Shown in pieces: positions 40,370 to 52,762 of a DNA stretch of 64,000 bases. Within the stretch, counting starts at the first letter, position 1. Each line of letters starts with the position of its first letter. This DNA comes from Scenedesmus sp. PABB004. Its lineage: Eukaryota. Made by a program: the position numbers and the translations under genes. The notes under the pieces were generated by a model that saw nothing but the letters and a program-made list of their open reading frames with translations, did not search any database and had not been told where the DNA came from. The DNA is taken from assembly GCA_014905635.1 (NCBI GenBank), contig CM026547.1:1798001-1862000 (forward strand), written 5' to 3'.

Positions 40370-40736
40370 CCAGCGGCGGACTGGCCGGCTGGTTCATTCT
40401 GGGGGTCAGCTGGACCGGCGGCTGGGGCGCGGGGGCGCTGGGCGCGGGGGGCTGGGGGCTGGGGCGCTGCCGCGGGGCGCGGCAGCGGCGCGGGGCCGGG
40501 GCGCGGGGCTGGGGCGGGCGTTTGCGAGTCACAGACGGGGCGGCGCCCCGGGCACGGCGGCGGGCCGCGGCGCACAGCGCCGCCGCGCGCCGAGACGGCG
40601 CGCGGGCGCGCGCGGGCGTGCACGTAACTGGAGGCGCGTGCCGGCGGCAGCCCCATGCCCCCCTCCCTCCCCCCTCTCCGCCTGCTCGGCCCAGCGGGGT
40701 CCATTCTTCTGCACTCCTCGCGCGTGCCAGCCCCGC

Positions 40737-43109
40737 TCACTCGGCGCGCGGCCGGCGGCGCGCGGCGCTGCGCGCGAGCTGCGCCGCGACGCGCACCTGC
40801 TCCAGCACCTCGGCGACCATGCCCGCGTCGGGCGCGCCCGGCGCGACACACAGGTACTCACGCAGCAGCGCCGCGGCGGGGTCGTGCTGGCCCAGCCCCG
40901 CGAGCGCGAGCGCCTCGTCGCGCAGGTCGGGCAGGGAGAAGGGGTCCACCGCGCGCAGGTACCTGCGCGCCCACGGGGCGGGCGGGCGGGCGGGCGGGCG
41001 CAGGTCGCGGCGCCGCGCGTGCAGCGCTCGGCGGGGGTGCCGCGGCGCGCGGCTCGCCGCCCGCGCGCTGCCGCGCGGCGCGGCGCCGTGCGCGCCCTGC
41101 GCGGCGGCGGTGCGCGGCCTCACCGTATGACGGCGAGCGCCTCCTCGTCGCGCCCGCTGAGCAGCAGGGAGAGCTTCGTGGCGCCCAGCAGCTGCTGCAG
41201 CAGCGCGCGCGCGCTGATCGGCGCGAGCCCGCCGAAGCGCAGCGCCGCCTCAGCGCCGCTCAGCGGCGCCGGCAGCGGCTCGCCGCCGCCCGCGCTCGCG
41301 GCGCCGCCCGCCGCGTTGTTGCGCGCCTCGTCCGCCGCCTCGGCGTGCGCGTCGTCGTCGCTGGCGCTGGCGCAGCACGTGTCCATGCTGCCGCCGCCGG
41401 CTGCCGCGGCGCCGTCGCCGTCGCTCGGGAACGGCAGGCCCGCCGCCGCCGCCAAGGGCGACTCCAGCACGCCAAAGCCGGCGGCGCCCAAGAGGCCGCC
41501 GAGGGCGCGCGGCGGCTGTGCGGCGGCGTCCGGCTCGCCCCAGCCGCCGCTGCCGGCGGGGCTGACCAGGCCGCCCCACTCGGCGAGCGCGCCGGGGCCG
41601 TACAACGCCTTCCAGCTGTTCCGGCTCGCCGCGTCGGCCCCAGCGTAGCGCCCCACCTCGCGCCACGCCTGCAGCTCCTCCTCGCCCTCGCCCCCGCCCT
41701 CGCCGCCGGCGGCGCCGCCGGCCAGCAGGCCGCCCTCGTCCACCGACCCCGCGCGCGCCATGAAGCCACCGCCGGCGGCGGCGCCCGCGTCCTCGCTGCC
41801 GGCGCTGCCCTGCTGCAGCGCCGCGTGCAGCGTGCGGTGCCAGGCGTCGTCCAGGTCGGCCGGCTCCGCCGTGTCCAGCGGGCCGAGCGCGGCCGCGCCC
41901 GGCGCCGGCGCAGCCACGCCCGCGGCGTCGCCGCCGCTGGCGCCGCCCGCCGGCCAGGCGTGCACGCGGCCGCCGCGCGCGACATCCACGAGCACCGCGG
42001 CCGGGCGGTGGCCCAGGCGCACCAGCACGTGCTCGGGGCTGCCCACGAGGCCGCAGGGCAGGCCCAGGCCCTGCGCGACGTGCAGGTACACCACCGCCAG
42101 CGCCCACTGGTTGCCTGCGCGCAGGGGGCGGCCGCGGCGGCGGGTCAGCGGCGGCTGGCCGCGCGCGGGGCGCGCTCGGGGCTGGCCGGGCCTGCCGCTG
42201 CAGCGCACCGACGCGCCGGTCCAGCAGGTCAGCGAGGCTGCCGTTGAGCGGGTCGTGCAGGTCGGCGGCGTTGAGGCCCAGCAGCTCCTCGCCATACACG
42301 ACGCCGCTGATCGCCGCCGCCGCGCGCGCGAGGTGGCCCACGTCGGCCGCGTCGAGGCCGTCAAACGCCTCGGCCGCCGCGAGCACCTCACCGTAGCCGT
42401 CCCCGCCCCCCTCACACCCGGCGCCACGCGCGCCCCCGTGCGCGTGGCGCCCGCCGTCGCGGCGCCCGCCCTCGGCCGCCGCGCGCGCGCGGTCGGCCAC
42501 AAAGCCCTCCAGCGTGGTGAGCGTGGCGCGCGCGACCATGTCCTCCAGGCGGCGGTAGTGCGGCCGGTGGTCGAGCTGGGGCGAGAAGATGTTGGAGACC
42601 AGCAGCGCGCAGCGCGTGAGGTCCGCGGGCGCGCCCGGCTCAAACAGCAGCGCCACCTCCGCCCGGAAGCGCTCGAGGTGGCCGAGCCGCGCGCACGCGA
42701 GCAGCAGCTCGACGCTGAACGGCGCGTCGCCGCCGGGCTGCGCGCCCGCGCCGGCACCGGCGCCCGCGCCGGCGGCGCACGCGCGCACGCGCGGCGACAG
42801 CGGCCTGTGTGCGGCGGCAGTTGGGCTGAGGGTGGGAGCCAGGAGCCGGGGCGCGGCCGGCCTGCTGCAGGCGCACAGGGAGCCTGCGGCGCGCTGCTGC
42901 CAGCAGCGACCAGCACCAACCCCGCGGACGGCGCACCTTGCGCGCCTGGTTCCAGCTCTTACAGAGTTGGTAGAGCTCTTTGCGGCCGCGAATCGCTTCC
43001 ATGCAAGGCGCAGGCTGGAGCCAGCACGGGCGGCGACGCTCGGCGCCGCAGGCGGCCCGCCGCGCCTCGACGCAGCGCACGTGGCGGCGCAGCGAGGTGA
43101 CAGGATCAT
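40737..43109 (-). CDS. SirB1/Transglut_core2-family protein with C-terminal TPR and plastid-type transit peptide
   Basis: DPLNGSLADLLDRR.G, LAVVYLHVAQGLGLP...GSPEHVLVR, LVDVARGG and the TPR-like DLRDEALALAGLGQHDPAAALLREYLCVAP. Confidence 0.75.
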
Positions 43110-43564
43110 GGTGGCAGCGAGTGCGGCGCGAGCCGCGTGCTGCGGAGCCGGGGGCGCACGGCGGCGCGCGGCGCCGGGCCGGGCGCGGCGAACGTGGGCG
43201 CTGAGAGGCGCGTGGAGCTGCGGGCGCGCGACGGGAGCACGCGGAAGCGATCCCGCTGAGGACGAGCGATATATCGCTGTGCACGCGGCAGGCGGCGGGT
43301 CGCGCTGTAACTTCGCCGGCGCCGGGCGGCGCTGAATTATTACGCGCGGGCCCCCCGAGCGCCCGTGCATCGGTGAATATGGTTCAATAATTGAGTGCAG
43401 AGAGACGCAGACGCAGTGCAGGAGGGGGTCGCGCGGCCGGCGCCGGGCGCCGCCGTGGTGGTCTGCAGCGCCGATCACGCGATGCGTGCGCGCACCACCC
43501 GCGCTCGTCTAGTAGCTGGCGGCTATCGCCCCCAGGCAATGCCCGCGGCGGCGCGCGCGCGCGC

Positions 43565-44708
43565 TCACGCCACGGCGCCCGCCGCGACGTCGGCCGCGAG
43601 CTTGCGGTCAAACTCCCACACGCCGAGGCCCTTGCCGACGCGGCGCAGCTGGCTCACGTACTCGGCGACCTGCTTCACGCTCTGCACCTGCGGCGCGAGG
43701 AGCGTGCCCTCCACAAAGTCGCACATCTGCGCGTCGCCCGCCGCGTCGGCGACGTCGTGCAGCTCGCGCAGCTTCTGGAAGTTGAGCTTCTCCAGCGACA
43801 GCGCCAGCTCCATCGCGTACAGCGCGTCGCCCTTGTCGGCGTGGCCGTACTCCACCTCGGGCTGGATCATGCTCGCGAGGCGCACGCGCCCGCCGCGCGT
43901 GTTCTGGTACGCCATGAGCAGCTCCGCGTGCTCCCGCTCCTCCTCGCTGCCGGCCTTGAAGAACGCGGCCAGCCCCGGCAGCGCCACGTTGTCGCGGTCA
44001 AAGTAGGCGTAGAGCGCGTGGTAGACGTAGCTCACGTTGTACTCGATGCTGCGGCGGGCCGGGCGTGGGCGCGCGGGGCGCGGGGGCGTGGGGACGGGGG
44101 CGCGGGCGCGGGCAGCGCGGCGCCGCCGCCGCCGGCGCAAGGGGCTGCCGCCGGCCGCGGCGCGCGGGCCGAGTCGCGCGCCAGGCCTGCGCACTTGATC
44201 TGCTCGTTGATCGCCGCCTCGCACGCGTCCACGAAGCCAACGCGCGCGAATGACTGGACCTGGGCGTTGGTCTTGTCCACAACCGCGAGCTCGCTCCTGA
44301 CCTGTGGCCGCGAGCAGCGGCGCGGCGCGGCGCCGTGGGGCGGCCGCTCGCGCGGCGGCGACGGCGCTGCGCCGCCGCCCGGCCGCAGCCGCGGAGCGCC
44401 GTCAGCGAGCCGTGGCCGGCGCGCACCGCGGTGAAGGGCTCGAACACGACGCCCGTGAGCTGCTCCACCTCGCCCCCGCCCGCCACGCGCACGCGGCGCG
44501 CAGGCACGCTGGCGCAATGCGGCGACGTGTCGGGGCAGTCTCAGGGAATCGACCAGGGCGGCGGCGCGGGCAGGCGCGGCAGCGCGAGGATGCAGCTTGG
44601 GTCATCGCATCGCGCTGCGCCGCACCTCGCGGGCCGCGCCGCGCTGCGTGCCGCGACGACGGAGGCGGCGCCCCGGCTGGAGGGAGCCGCGCGCGCGTGG
44701 AGGGCCAT
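43565..44708 (-). CDS. FER: Plant-type (plastid) ferritin
   Basis: [74 protein letters not shown] and [10 protein letters not shown]. Confidence 0.97.
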
Positions 44709-44889
44709 GGCTCGCGCCCCTGCGCGATCCGCTGCTGCGACGGCGCGGCGGCTGCTGCTGCCGGCGAGAGAGAGAGAGGGGCTGGAGGCGAGGGCGAGGG
44801 CGGCAGCGAGAGTGCACGAGCGATCGGCGACGCCACGATCAAGATCACCGCCGCACGCGCGCAGCCGACCGAGCCCCAAACCGCGCACG

Positions 44890-47077
44890 TCATTCGGGGC
44901 GCAGCAGCGCGCCCAGGTCGGCGCCGGCCGCGCCCGGCGCGAGCGCCGCGGCGCGACGGCGCAGCTCGGCCGGCGGCAGCAGCAGCAGGCTCAGCAGGCC
45001 GGCGCGCTCGAGCAGGCGCGCGCGCATGCGCGCGGCGGGGAGCGCCGCCGCGCCGGCGAGCACGCGGAGGCGCGCAAACACGGCGCCCTCGCCCAGCCAC
45101 AGCGCCGCGGGGCAGGCCGGCAGCGCGGCCCAGACCTCGCCCGGCGCGGCGCCGAGCAGGCGCGACAGCGCGCGCAGCTGCGCCGCCGCGAGCACGGGCG
45201 GCGCCGCCAGCAGGCCGGGCTCGAGCACCGCCAGCGCGCGCGCCCCGGCCGCCAGCTCCGCGGGCGCGGCCGGCTCGCCGTCCGCCGCGAGCGCGGCCGC
45301 GAGCGCGTCGCACAGCGCCGCCAGCCGCAGCTCGAGCGCGCCTCGCCCGCCCGCCGCGACCGCGAGCAGCTGCGGCGCCTGCGCCACGAGGCGCTGCAGC
45401 GGCGGCTGCTGCTGGGCTGCCGCGGCGCCGCTGCCGGCCCACCACTGGCAGGCCGCCGACGCGTGCGCGAGCGCGTCGGCCGCGGCGTACCGCGGCGGCG
45501 GGCCGGCTGCCTCGCCCTGCTCCTGCTGCTGCGGGTGCGCCTGCTGCGCCTGCGTGCGCCGCCGGTGCTGCTGCGCGGGCTGCGCGGCAGGCGCCAGCTG
45601 CCGCAGCAGCGCCGCCTGGTACGCGTGCCGCCGGTCCGCGCTGCCCGACGCGCACAGCCAGCTCGCGTCCAGCTCCGCGGCGGCGCCCGTCACCGCCGCG
45701 GCGCCGCTGGCCGCCAGGTCCAGCAGCTCGGGCGCGGCCAGCACGAGGCGCTGCGCCGCGCTCGCCGGCAGCTGCAGCGCGCCCGCCAGCACGCCCAGCG
45801 CCTGCTCCACCTGCTGCACGGGCCCCCCGGCGCCGCCCTGCTGCTCACCGCCCCCCGGCGCGCCCGGCGGCAGCAGCAGGCCCGGCCTGGCCAGCAGCAG
45901 CGGCAGCAGGGCCGCGGGGCGGGCGGCCAGCGCCGCGCCCAGCGCCGCCGCCGCGGCACGCACCGCCGGCAGCGGCGCGCTGAGCAGCGACGGGCACGCG
46001 CCGACCAGCTTGAGCGCGCTCACGGTGCAGCAGTCCAGCGCCAGGGCGAGCTCCTCCGCCCGCGGCGCGAGGGCCCTGCTGCTCATGCCCCACAGCGCCG
46101 GGTGCTGCAGCATGAGCACCACCGCGCGCCGCCGGTCCAGCCGCGCGACGCGCGCGAGCAGGCCGACGCGGCTCTCGGCCGTGCTCGGCGCCAGGAAGGC
46201 GAGGCGCCGGTGCGCCGCCAGCGTCGCCGCGAGCGCCGGCAGCGGCAGCCCCGTGGCGTGGGCGAGCCCGACCAGGCGCGCCGCCACCTCGCGCGTGCCC
46301 AGCGTGAGCAGCCCCGGCACCGCGACGTACAGCGACCACGCCGCGCCCGCCGGCAGCGCCGCCAGCGCCGCCGCCAGCGCCAGGCAGCGCTCGTTCACTG
46401 CGCGCGGCGCGGCGCGACGCGGGCAGCGCGTGGGCCGCGGCGCGCGGGCCGCCCGCTGCCGCGCCGGCCGTCGCCGGCGCCGCGCGGCCCGCTGCTGCCG
46501 CTGCGCCGCGGCCGCGCCGCCGCGGCACTCACGCACGGTGCGCTGGAACTCCAGCGAGAGCTTGAGGAACGTTCCGAGCCTGGCGAAGCTGTCGTCCAGC
46601 GGCACGCCGCCGCGCCCGGTGCCGCCACGCGCGGCGGCTGCTGCGCGCTTTGCCAGGTACAGCCGCACGTCGCGGTCGGCAGCCGCGGGGCCGTACGCGG
46701 CCGCCAGGCGGCGCCGCTCGGCTGCGCGCTGCGCAGCGGGCGTGCCCTCATAGTCCGGGTCTCCTGGGGCCACCGGCCGCGGCGGGGCTGCGGGCGGGCG
46801 GCGGGGCGGTGCAGGGGCGCGCGTGGGCGGCGCCGCGTCGGGCGCGCCCCCTGGCCAGAGGCGCGGCGCCGCGCGCCGAGCAGCAGTCACCCTTGGGGAA
46901 GCGCAGCGCGCGCCGGAAGGCTCGGGTCTCGTCGTCGTCGCCCGGCGCGGCGCGCCGCTGCTCGCGCGGGGGCGCCGCGGCCGGCGGCCGGGCCGCCGCC
47001 TTGCGCGCGCCTGGCGGCTGCTGCCTGTCGGCCGGCTGCTGGGGCTGCTGTTGCTTGGCGGGCCGGCCGCTGCGCAT
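44890..47077 (-). CDS. mTERF-like helical-repeat protein
   Basis: Repeats of about 36 aa with P-x-L-L motifs (VPGLLTL, QHPALWGM, ACPSLLSA, AAPELLDL, QAPQLLAV). The first exon MRSGRPAK...LRFPK splices in phase to GDPDYEG. Confidence 0.6.
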
Positions 47078-47353
47078 GCCTCGCGCGCGAGCGGCGGCGC
47101 CGGCAGCGGCGCCCTCTGCTGCCGGCGGCAGCAGTGGCGGCGGCGACGGCCTGCTGAGCACTCCTGCTGCTGCTGCGGCTGCTCCGGGTGTGTGTGCGGT
47201 CGGTGCAGCGCGGGTGGGCAACTGGGGGCGGCCGCCGGCGCGCAGGCACCAGCGCGCGCGGAGAGCGGCGGCGCGCGAACCGCCGACTCAAAAACACCCG
47301 GCCGCGGGCGGCGCGGCTCCCGGGCTGCCCCGGCGGCGCGTGTGGCGCACTCC
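47020..47353. repeat. Inverted repeat copy 1 (~335 bp), divergent-promoter region of mTERF-like/SCI1-like genes
   Basis: Reverse complement of 51868-52209 with only a few substitutions and one small indel. Confidence 0.95.
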
Positions 47354-47463
47354 CGCCGCGCTATCGCGCGCTCTGGAAGATCGCCAAGCGCCCCACGCCG
47401 CACGACCTCGCCGCTCCCGCTCCAGCAGCAGCGCCGGCGCTGCTGCTCGCCGCCGTGTCGCCC

Positions 47464-49110
47464 ATGGGCTCCAGGGAGCGCTCTCGGGAGCGCCGGCGAA
47501 GCCGCAGCCGTAGCAGCAGCAGCGACAGCAGCAGTGAGCGCGCGGCGCGGCCGTGCCCGCCGCCGCGCGGCGCCGCCGCTGCTGCGCTCACGCCCGCGGC
47601 GGCGCAGGGAGCGAGGAGCGGCGGCACAAGCACAAGAAGCACAAGGAGAAGAAGCACAAGCACAAGCACAAGAAGGTGCGGCGGCGCGCTGCGCGGCCAG
47701 GCCCGCGCGACGCCGCGCGGCGCTGCACACGCCGCCGCTGCCACGCGCTTGTGGCGCAGCACAAGCGGCACCACTCGGACGCCGACGACGAGCGCGTGCG
47801 CGCGGCCAAGGCGTTCCTGGAGCAGCACCTCAAGGCGGGCGGCGACCCGGCCGCCGCGGGCGGCAAGGAGCGCAGCGGCAAGGAGCGCAGCGGCAGGGAC
47901 CGCCCGCCGCCGGAGAAGACTCCCGGCATGCTGCCGCCGGGCGCGCCGCTCATCACGAGCGAGGCGCGGCGCGGCGCGGCGCAGCGTGGGGCGCGGCGGG
48001 CGCGGGGCGGCCCGGCCTGTGCGGCCAGCGGCGTGCCGCGCCGCGCGCGCCGAGCGCGCCGCGCCCCGCAGGACTACTTCTCGCGCTCCGCCGAGTTCAC
48101 CGCGTGGCTGCAGGAGATCCGGCACACCTTTTTCAACGGTGCGCCCGCCGCCGCCGCCGCCGCTGCCCCGTCGCCGCAGCAGCGGTCGCCGTCGCCTCAG
48201 CCACCCCACCGCCACCACGCCGCCCGCCGCCGGCGCCGGCGGGCGCGCAGAGCTGACGTCGGAGCAGAGCCATGCGCTGTTTGCCGAGTTTGTGCGCGAC
48301 TGGAACAGCGGGGACGTTCCGCTGCGCTTCTACGGCGGCCTCGCCACGGCGCCGGTCAAGCGCACCGCGCACGACTGGGGCATCAAGGCCGCGCCCGGGG
48401 GCGTGCGGGCGGGCATGGCAGCGTTCAACGACGACGCCGGCCAGCAGTGAGTGGGCAGAGTCGGCAGCCACGGCGGCGGCAGCCGCGGCGGCGGCGCGTG
48501 GCCTGCCGCCCCCCCCCCCCCCCCCCCGACACCATCCTGGGCGCGCCGCACCGCGCGCAGGCAGGCGGAGCAGCGCGCGGCCGCGCGCGTGGGCGACGCC
48601 GCGGAGCGCCGCAGCTGGCGGCGGGAGCAGAAGGAGGCGCTCGACGAGCTGCTGCCAAAGGCCACCGGCGGGACGCACGAGGGCCGCGTGGAGGCGCGCA
48701 TGGCGCGGCGCGAGGAGGCGCGCGCGCGCGACGCGAGCCCAGACCTCGTGCCCCTCGCTGGCGGCGGCGACGTGATGGGCGGCGGCGACTCATTCGCGGC
48801 GGCCAAGGCGCGGTGAGCGCGCGGGCCGGGAGGGGACGGCGAGGGCTCGCGCGCCGCGCCGCGCCGCGCCGCGCCGCGCCGCGCCGCCACTGCTGCGACG
48901 GCGCGGAGGCAGAGGCTCTGACTCCGCCCCCGCACCCCGCGCAGCGAGGCGAAGCGCGTCGAGTGGCGCGACCGCAAGTTTGCCGCCAAGCGCGAGGAGA
49001 TTGCGGCCAAGCTGTCGGCGGCCGCCGCGGCAGAGGCGGAGAAGATGGCCGCGTTCAGAGCGCTCGTTGCCAACCAGGGCGGCCGCATGGTCATCCCCAA
49101 GCGCCAGTGA
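47464..49110 (+). CDS. Style cell-cycle inhibitor 1 (SCI1)-like protein
   Basis: RS- and K/H-rich N-terminus, then ITSEDYFSRSAEFTAWLQE...FFNELTSEQSHALFAEFVRDWNSG...FYGG...RTAHDWGIK. Confidence 0.78.
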
Positions 49111-49309
49111 CGCCCTGCAGCAAGCGCGCGCGCAAGCAGCCGGCGGCGCCGCGGGCCGACGGCGCGGCGGCGGGGCTCTGCAACCCTCGTTGCCTTTGCG
49201 TCCCGCAGCGAGCGCTGCGCCACGTCACCCCCGCGCGCCCCTCAAACCATGCGCAGGCAGCTCGCCGCGCCGCTGCCGGCACGGTGCACCGCGGCGGCCG
49301 CCTTGGCGC

Positions 49310-50735
49310 TCACCACGCCGTCCAGGCCGCCCTGGCCGGGGCGCCGCTGCCGCGCGAGGCGCCCCGGCTGCCACCGCCCGCCCAGCCCAACTCCCCCGGG
49401 GCGGGGCTGGGCCACTGCTGGTGCTGCTGCTGCTGCTGCTGGTGCTGCTGCTGCTGCTGCTGCTGCCGCCAGCGCCCGCAGTCGTGCGCGCCGCCGCCCG
49501 AGTGGCTGCTGCGGAGCAGCTCGCTCGCCGCCGCCTGCTGCTGCCGCTGGCCGCGCCCCTCGGTCGGGGGCCTGGGCGGCGGCAGGCCGTCCCAGCTCAC
49601 CGCGGCGCCTTCGGGCGCCGACCAGCCCGCGGTCGGCACGGCGTAGCTGCCAGACGGCGCCGCGAGGAGCTGCCCCGGCGGCGCCGCGCCGAGCTGCTGC
49701 CAGCGCGCCGCCTGCTGCTGCACGCGCACCGCCTGCTCCTGCTGCTCCTGCCGCCGCAGGCTGACGCGGTCGGGCGGCGCCGCCGGGGCCGGCAGCAGCG
49801 AGCCCGGCTGTGGCTCAATGCAGCCGTAGGGACTGGTCAGGCCCAGCACGCGCCCACTCGGCGCGCCGCCGCCGCCGCCGCTGCCGCTGCAGCCGCTGTC
49901 GCCCAGCACGCCCTGCCGCGCCCAGGGCGCCGCGGCCTGCTGCTGCTGCTGCTGAGGCTGCTGATGATGATGCTGCGCCGCCGCGTACTGCCCCCGCCCA
50001 CCCAAGGCGAGCTCGTCCAGCGAGTCGCGCAGCCCGCCCGCGCCGCCGTCGTGCGGCGCGGGGTTGCCCGCGGCGCCCAGCAGCGCCGCCTCAAAGGCGC
50101 GGTGGCACGCGCCGCCGCGCGCGCCCGGGCCCTGGTCCAGCGTCGCAATGCCGCGCCCGCCGGCGCCGCGCGCGTACGCGACGTCCGGCTGCGTCGGGGA
50201 CGACGGCCCGCCGCAGCGGTCGCCGCGCTGGGTGGGCACGCCCGCGGTCACGCAGCCCGGGCCGCCCAGCGTCGACGACAGCGCCGCGGTCGCGACCAGG
50301 CCCGCGGGGAAGGTGCTCGCCTGCCACGCGGCCGTGCCGTCGGCGGGCTGCAGCTGCACGCTCTGCCGCAGCGACGCCGTGGGCGGCCGCACCGAGGTCG
50401 GCACCTGCGACCGGCCGCGGTGCGCGCACGTGGGGCGGTGGCTCAGCGACCGGGTCGCCGGCCGCGCACGCGCGCCCGCAGCCGGCAGCGCGCTCTCGGC
50501 CCGCTCACCCAGCGCTCGCCCTGCGCAGGCGTCGGGCCGTCGGCCGCGGCGCTGCGCACCACGTACAGCCGCTGCTGCCCGTGTCCCCCGCTGCTGCCGG
50601 GCAAGGCGCACCCGCCGCCGTCGCCGCCGCCGCTGGCGACGGAGCTCGTGCCGCCGCCGCTGGCGCCGCCGCCGCCGCCGCTCGCCGGCAGCGCCCCCGC
50701 GCCGCCGCGGCCCCGGCCGCGAGCCTGGCCCCCGC

Positions 50736-50776
<41 letters not shown>

Positions 50777-51758
50777 CCGTGCGCGTAGTACTGCTCAAAG
50801 ACGACAAAGCTGTTGGCCTGCGGCACAAACGCCGACAGGGCGTAGTGCTTGCGCAGGAAGGCGAGCAGCTTGGGGCTGGGCCGGTCGAACGCCAGGCCCT
50901 CGGGCGACGCCGCCTCGCTCGCCAGCATCGCCTGACGCGCGGCACGCGGGCGCGCGGTCGGCGGCGTGCCGGGGGCGGCGGGGGAGCCGCAGAGGCGGCG
51001 GCGCCGCGCGGCGCGGCGCGGCGCGGCGCGGCGCGGCGCGCGCACCTCGAACAGCGCGCGGCCGACGCCGCGGCGCTGGTGCGCCTCCTCGACGTAAAAG
51101 TCCAGCACCGCGAGCGGCTCCATCTCCACCATGCCGCCGCTTGCCTGCCGGCGCGGGCGGCGCGGGCGGCGCGGGCGGCGCGGGCGGGGCGGCGTGGGCG
51201 GCGCAGTGGCGCGCGCGCACGCAAGCGCCGCCGAGCCGCCCGCGTGAACAGCCCGTGTGAGCAGCCCCGGCCGGGCGGCACACCCGGTGCATGAAGAGCT
51301 TCTTGCGGCCCACTTTGATGCCCCCGAGCAGCGTGACGCCGCGCGGCGCGCGGGCGGCGGCCAGGTAGAGGCGCTGGTCGGCCGACCCGCGCAGGCGGGC
51401 GATGTCGGTCACCGCCCCGCGCAGGCCCTGCGCGCGCGCGCTGCGGCTGCCAAACTCGTCCAGCACGTTGCGGAGCTTGTGCCAGTCCAGAGCGCTCAGC
51501 CGCGCTGCGGGCGGCGCGCGGGTCCGGCCGGTCAGCGCAGGGCGCCGCAGCCAAACGGCCGCCGCCGGGCGCCGCCGGGCGCTCACCCAGGCGGCCGGCG
51601 TCCCACACGCTTATTCCCTCGTCGTCGGGCCCCTGCGGCGCCGGCGCGTGGGGGCGCGCGGCCGCAACGGCGGCGCCCTGCGCGCGCGCACCGCCGCACG
51701 GGCGCGCCGGCCGCCGGCGCCGCACCATCAGGCCGGGGACCTCGAAGTCGAACTCCAT
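49310..51758 (-). CDS. ATAT1: Alpha-tubulin N-acetyltransferase (MEC-17)
   Basis: [71 protein letters not shown] and PQANSFVVF, followed by a low-complexity tail. Confidence 0.93.
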
Positions 51759-51867
51759 GGCTGCTGCGCGAGCCCGCCGGGCCGCCGGCTGCGAGTGGGC
51801 CGACAGCACTGGCGGAGCCGGCCAAACAGCAGCCAGGAATTCCGCGCAATCGCGCTTTGAACGGGAT

Positions 51868-52209
51868 GGAGTGCGCCACACGCGCCGGCGCGCCGCCGGG
51901 GCAGCCCGGCAACCGCGCAGCCCGCGGCCGGGTGTTTTGGAGTCGGCGGTTCGCGCGCCGCCGCTCTCCGCGCGCGCTGGTGCCTGCGCGCCGGCGGCCG
52001 CCCCCAGTTGCCCACCCGCGCTGCACCGACCGCACACACACCGGGAGCAGCAGCAGCAGCAGCAGGAGTGCTCAGCAGGCCGTCGCCGCCGCCACTGCTG
52101 CCGCCGGCAGCAGCGGGCGCCGCTGCCGGCGCCGCCGCTCGCGCGCGAGGCATGCGCAGCGGCCGGCCCGCCAAGCAACAGCAGCCCCAGCAGCCGGTCG
52201 ACAGGCAGC
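51868..52209. repeat. Inverted repeat copy 2, divergent-promoter region of ATAT1/PHD-ARID genes
   Basis: Reverse complement of 47020-47353. Confidence 0.95.
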
Positions 52210-52333
52210 GGCCGCCGCCGGGGCGCGCCGGCACCCCCACGCGGCGAGCAGCAGCAGCGGCCGGCCCGGGCGCTCGCACCGAGCCGGAGCCGGCCCGCCG
52301 CGGCGCACCGCCACGCGCTCGCTGCCCGGCGGC

Positions 52334-52730
52334 ATGGCGGGCCAGGAGCTGGCCTTCCTGGTCGCGGCAGACGAGGGCGACCTGAACGAGGCAGTGTGCG
52401 GCGCGTGCCGCGCCGGCGGCGAGCTGCTCTGCTGCGAGGGCTGCCCCGCCTCCTTCCACGCGCCCTGCACCGGCTACGGTGCGCCGCGCCGCCCGCGCCC
52501 GCGCCGCGCGGCGCCGCCGCACCCGCCGCGCCCGCCGCACCCGCCGCACCCGTCGCGGCGCCCGCCGGCGCGCAGACTCGACCGACGAGGTCCCGGACGG
52601 CGACTGGTTCTGCTGGTTTTGCGCCCGCGAGCGCGGCGTGCCCTGGCAGCAGCCGACCGTGCCCGTGAGCGGCGCCGCGCCGCCGCAGCCGCCACCGGCA
52701 CCGGCAGCACCTCCCGCGGCGGCGGCGCCG

Positions 52731-52762
<32 letters not shown>

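Noticed and set aside
24309..44708. Functional iron/tetrapyrrole/B12 gene cluster (hemC, ferritin, CBA1-like)
   Set aside because: The genes are about 20 kb apart and interleaved with unrelated housekeeping genes.
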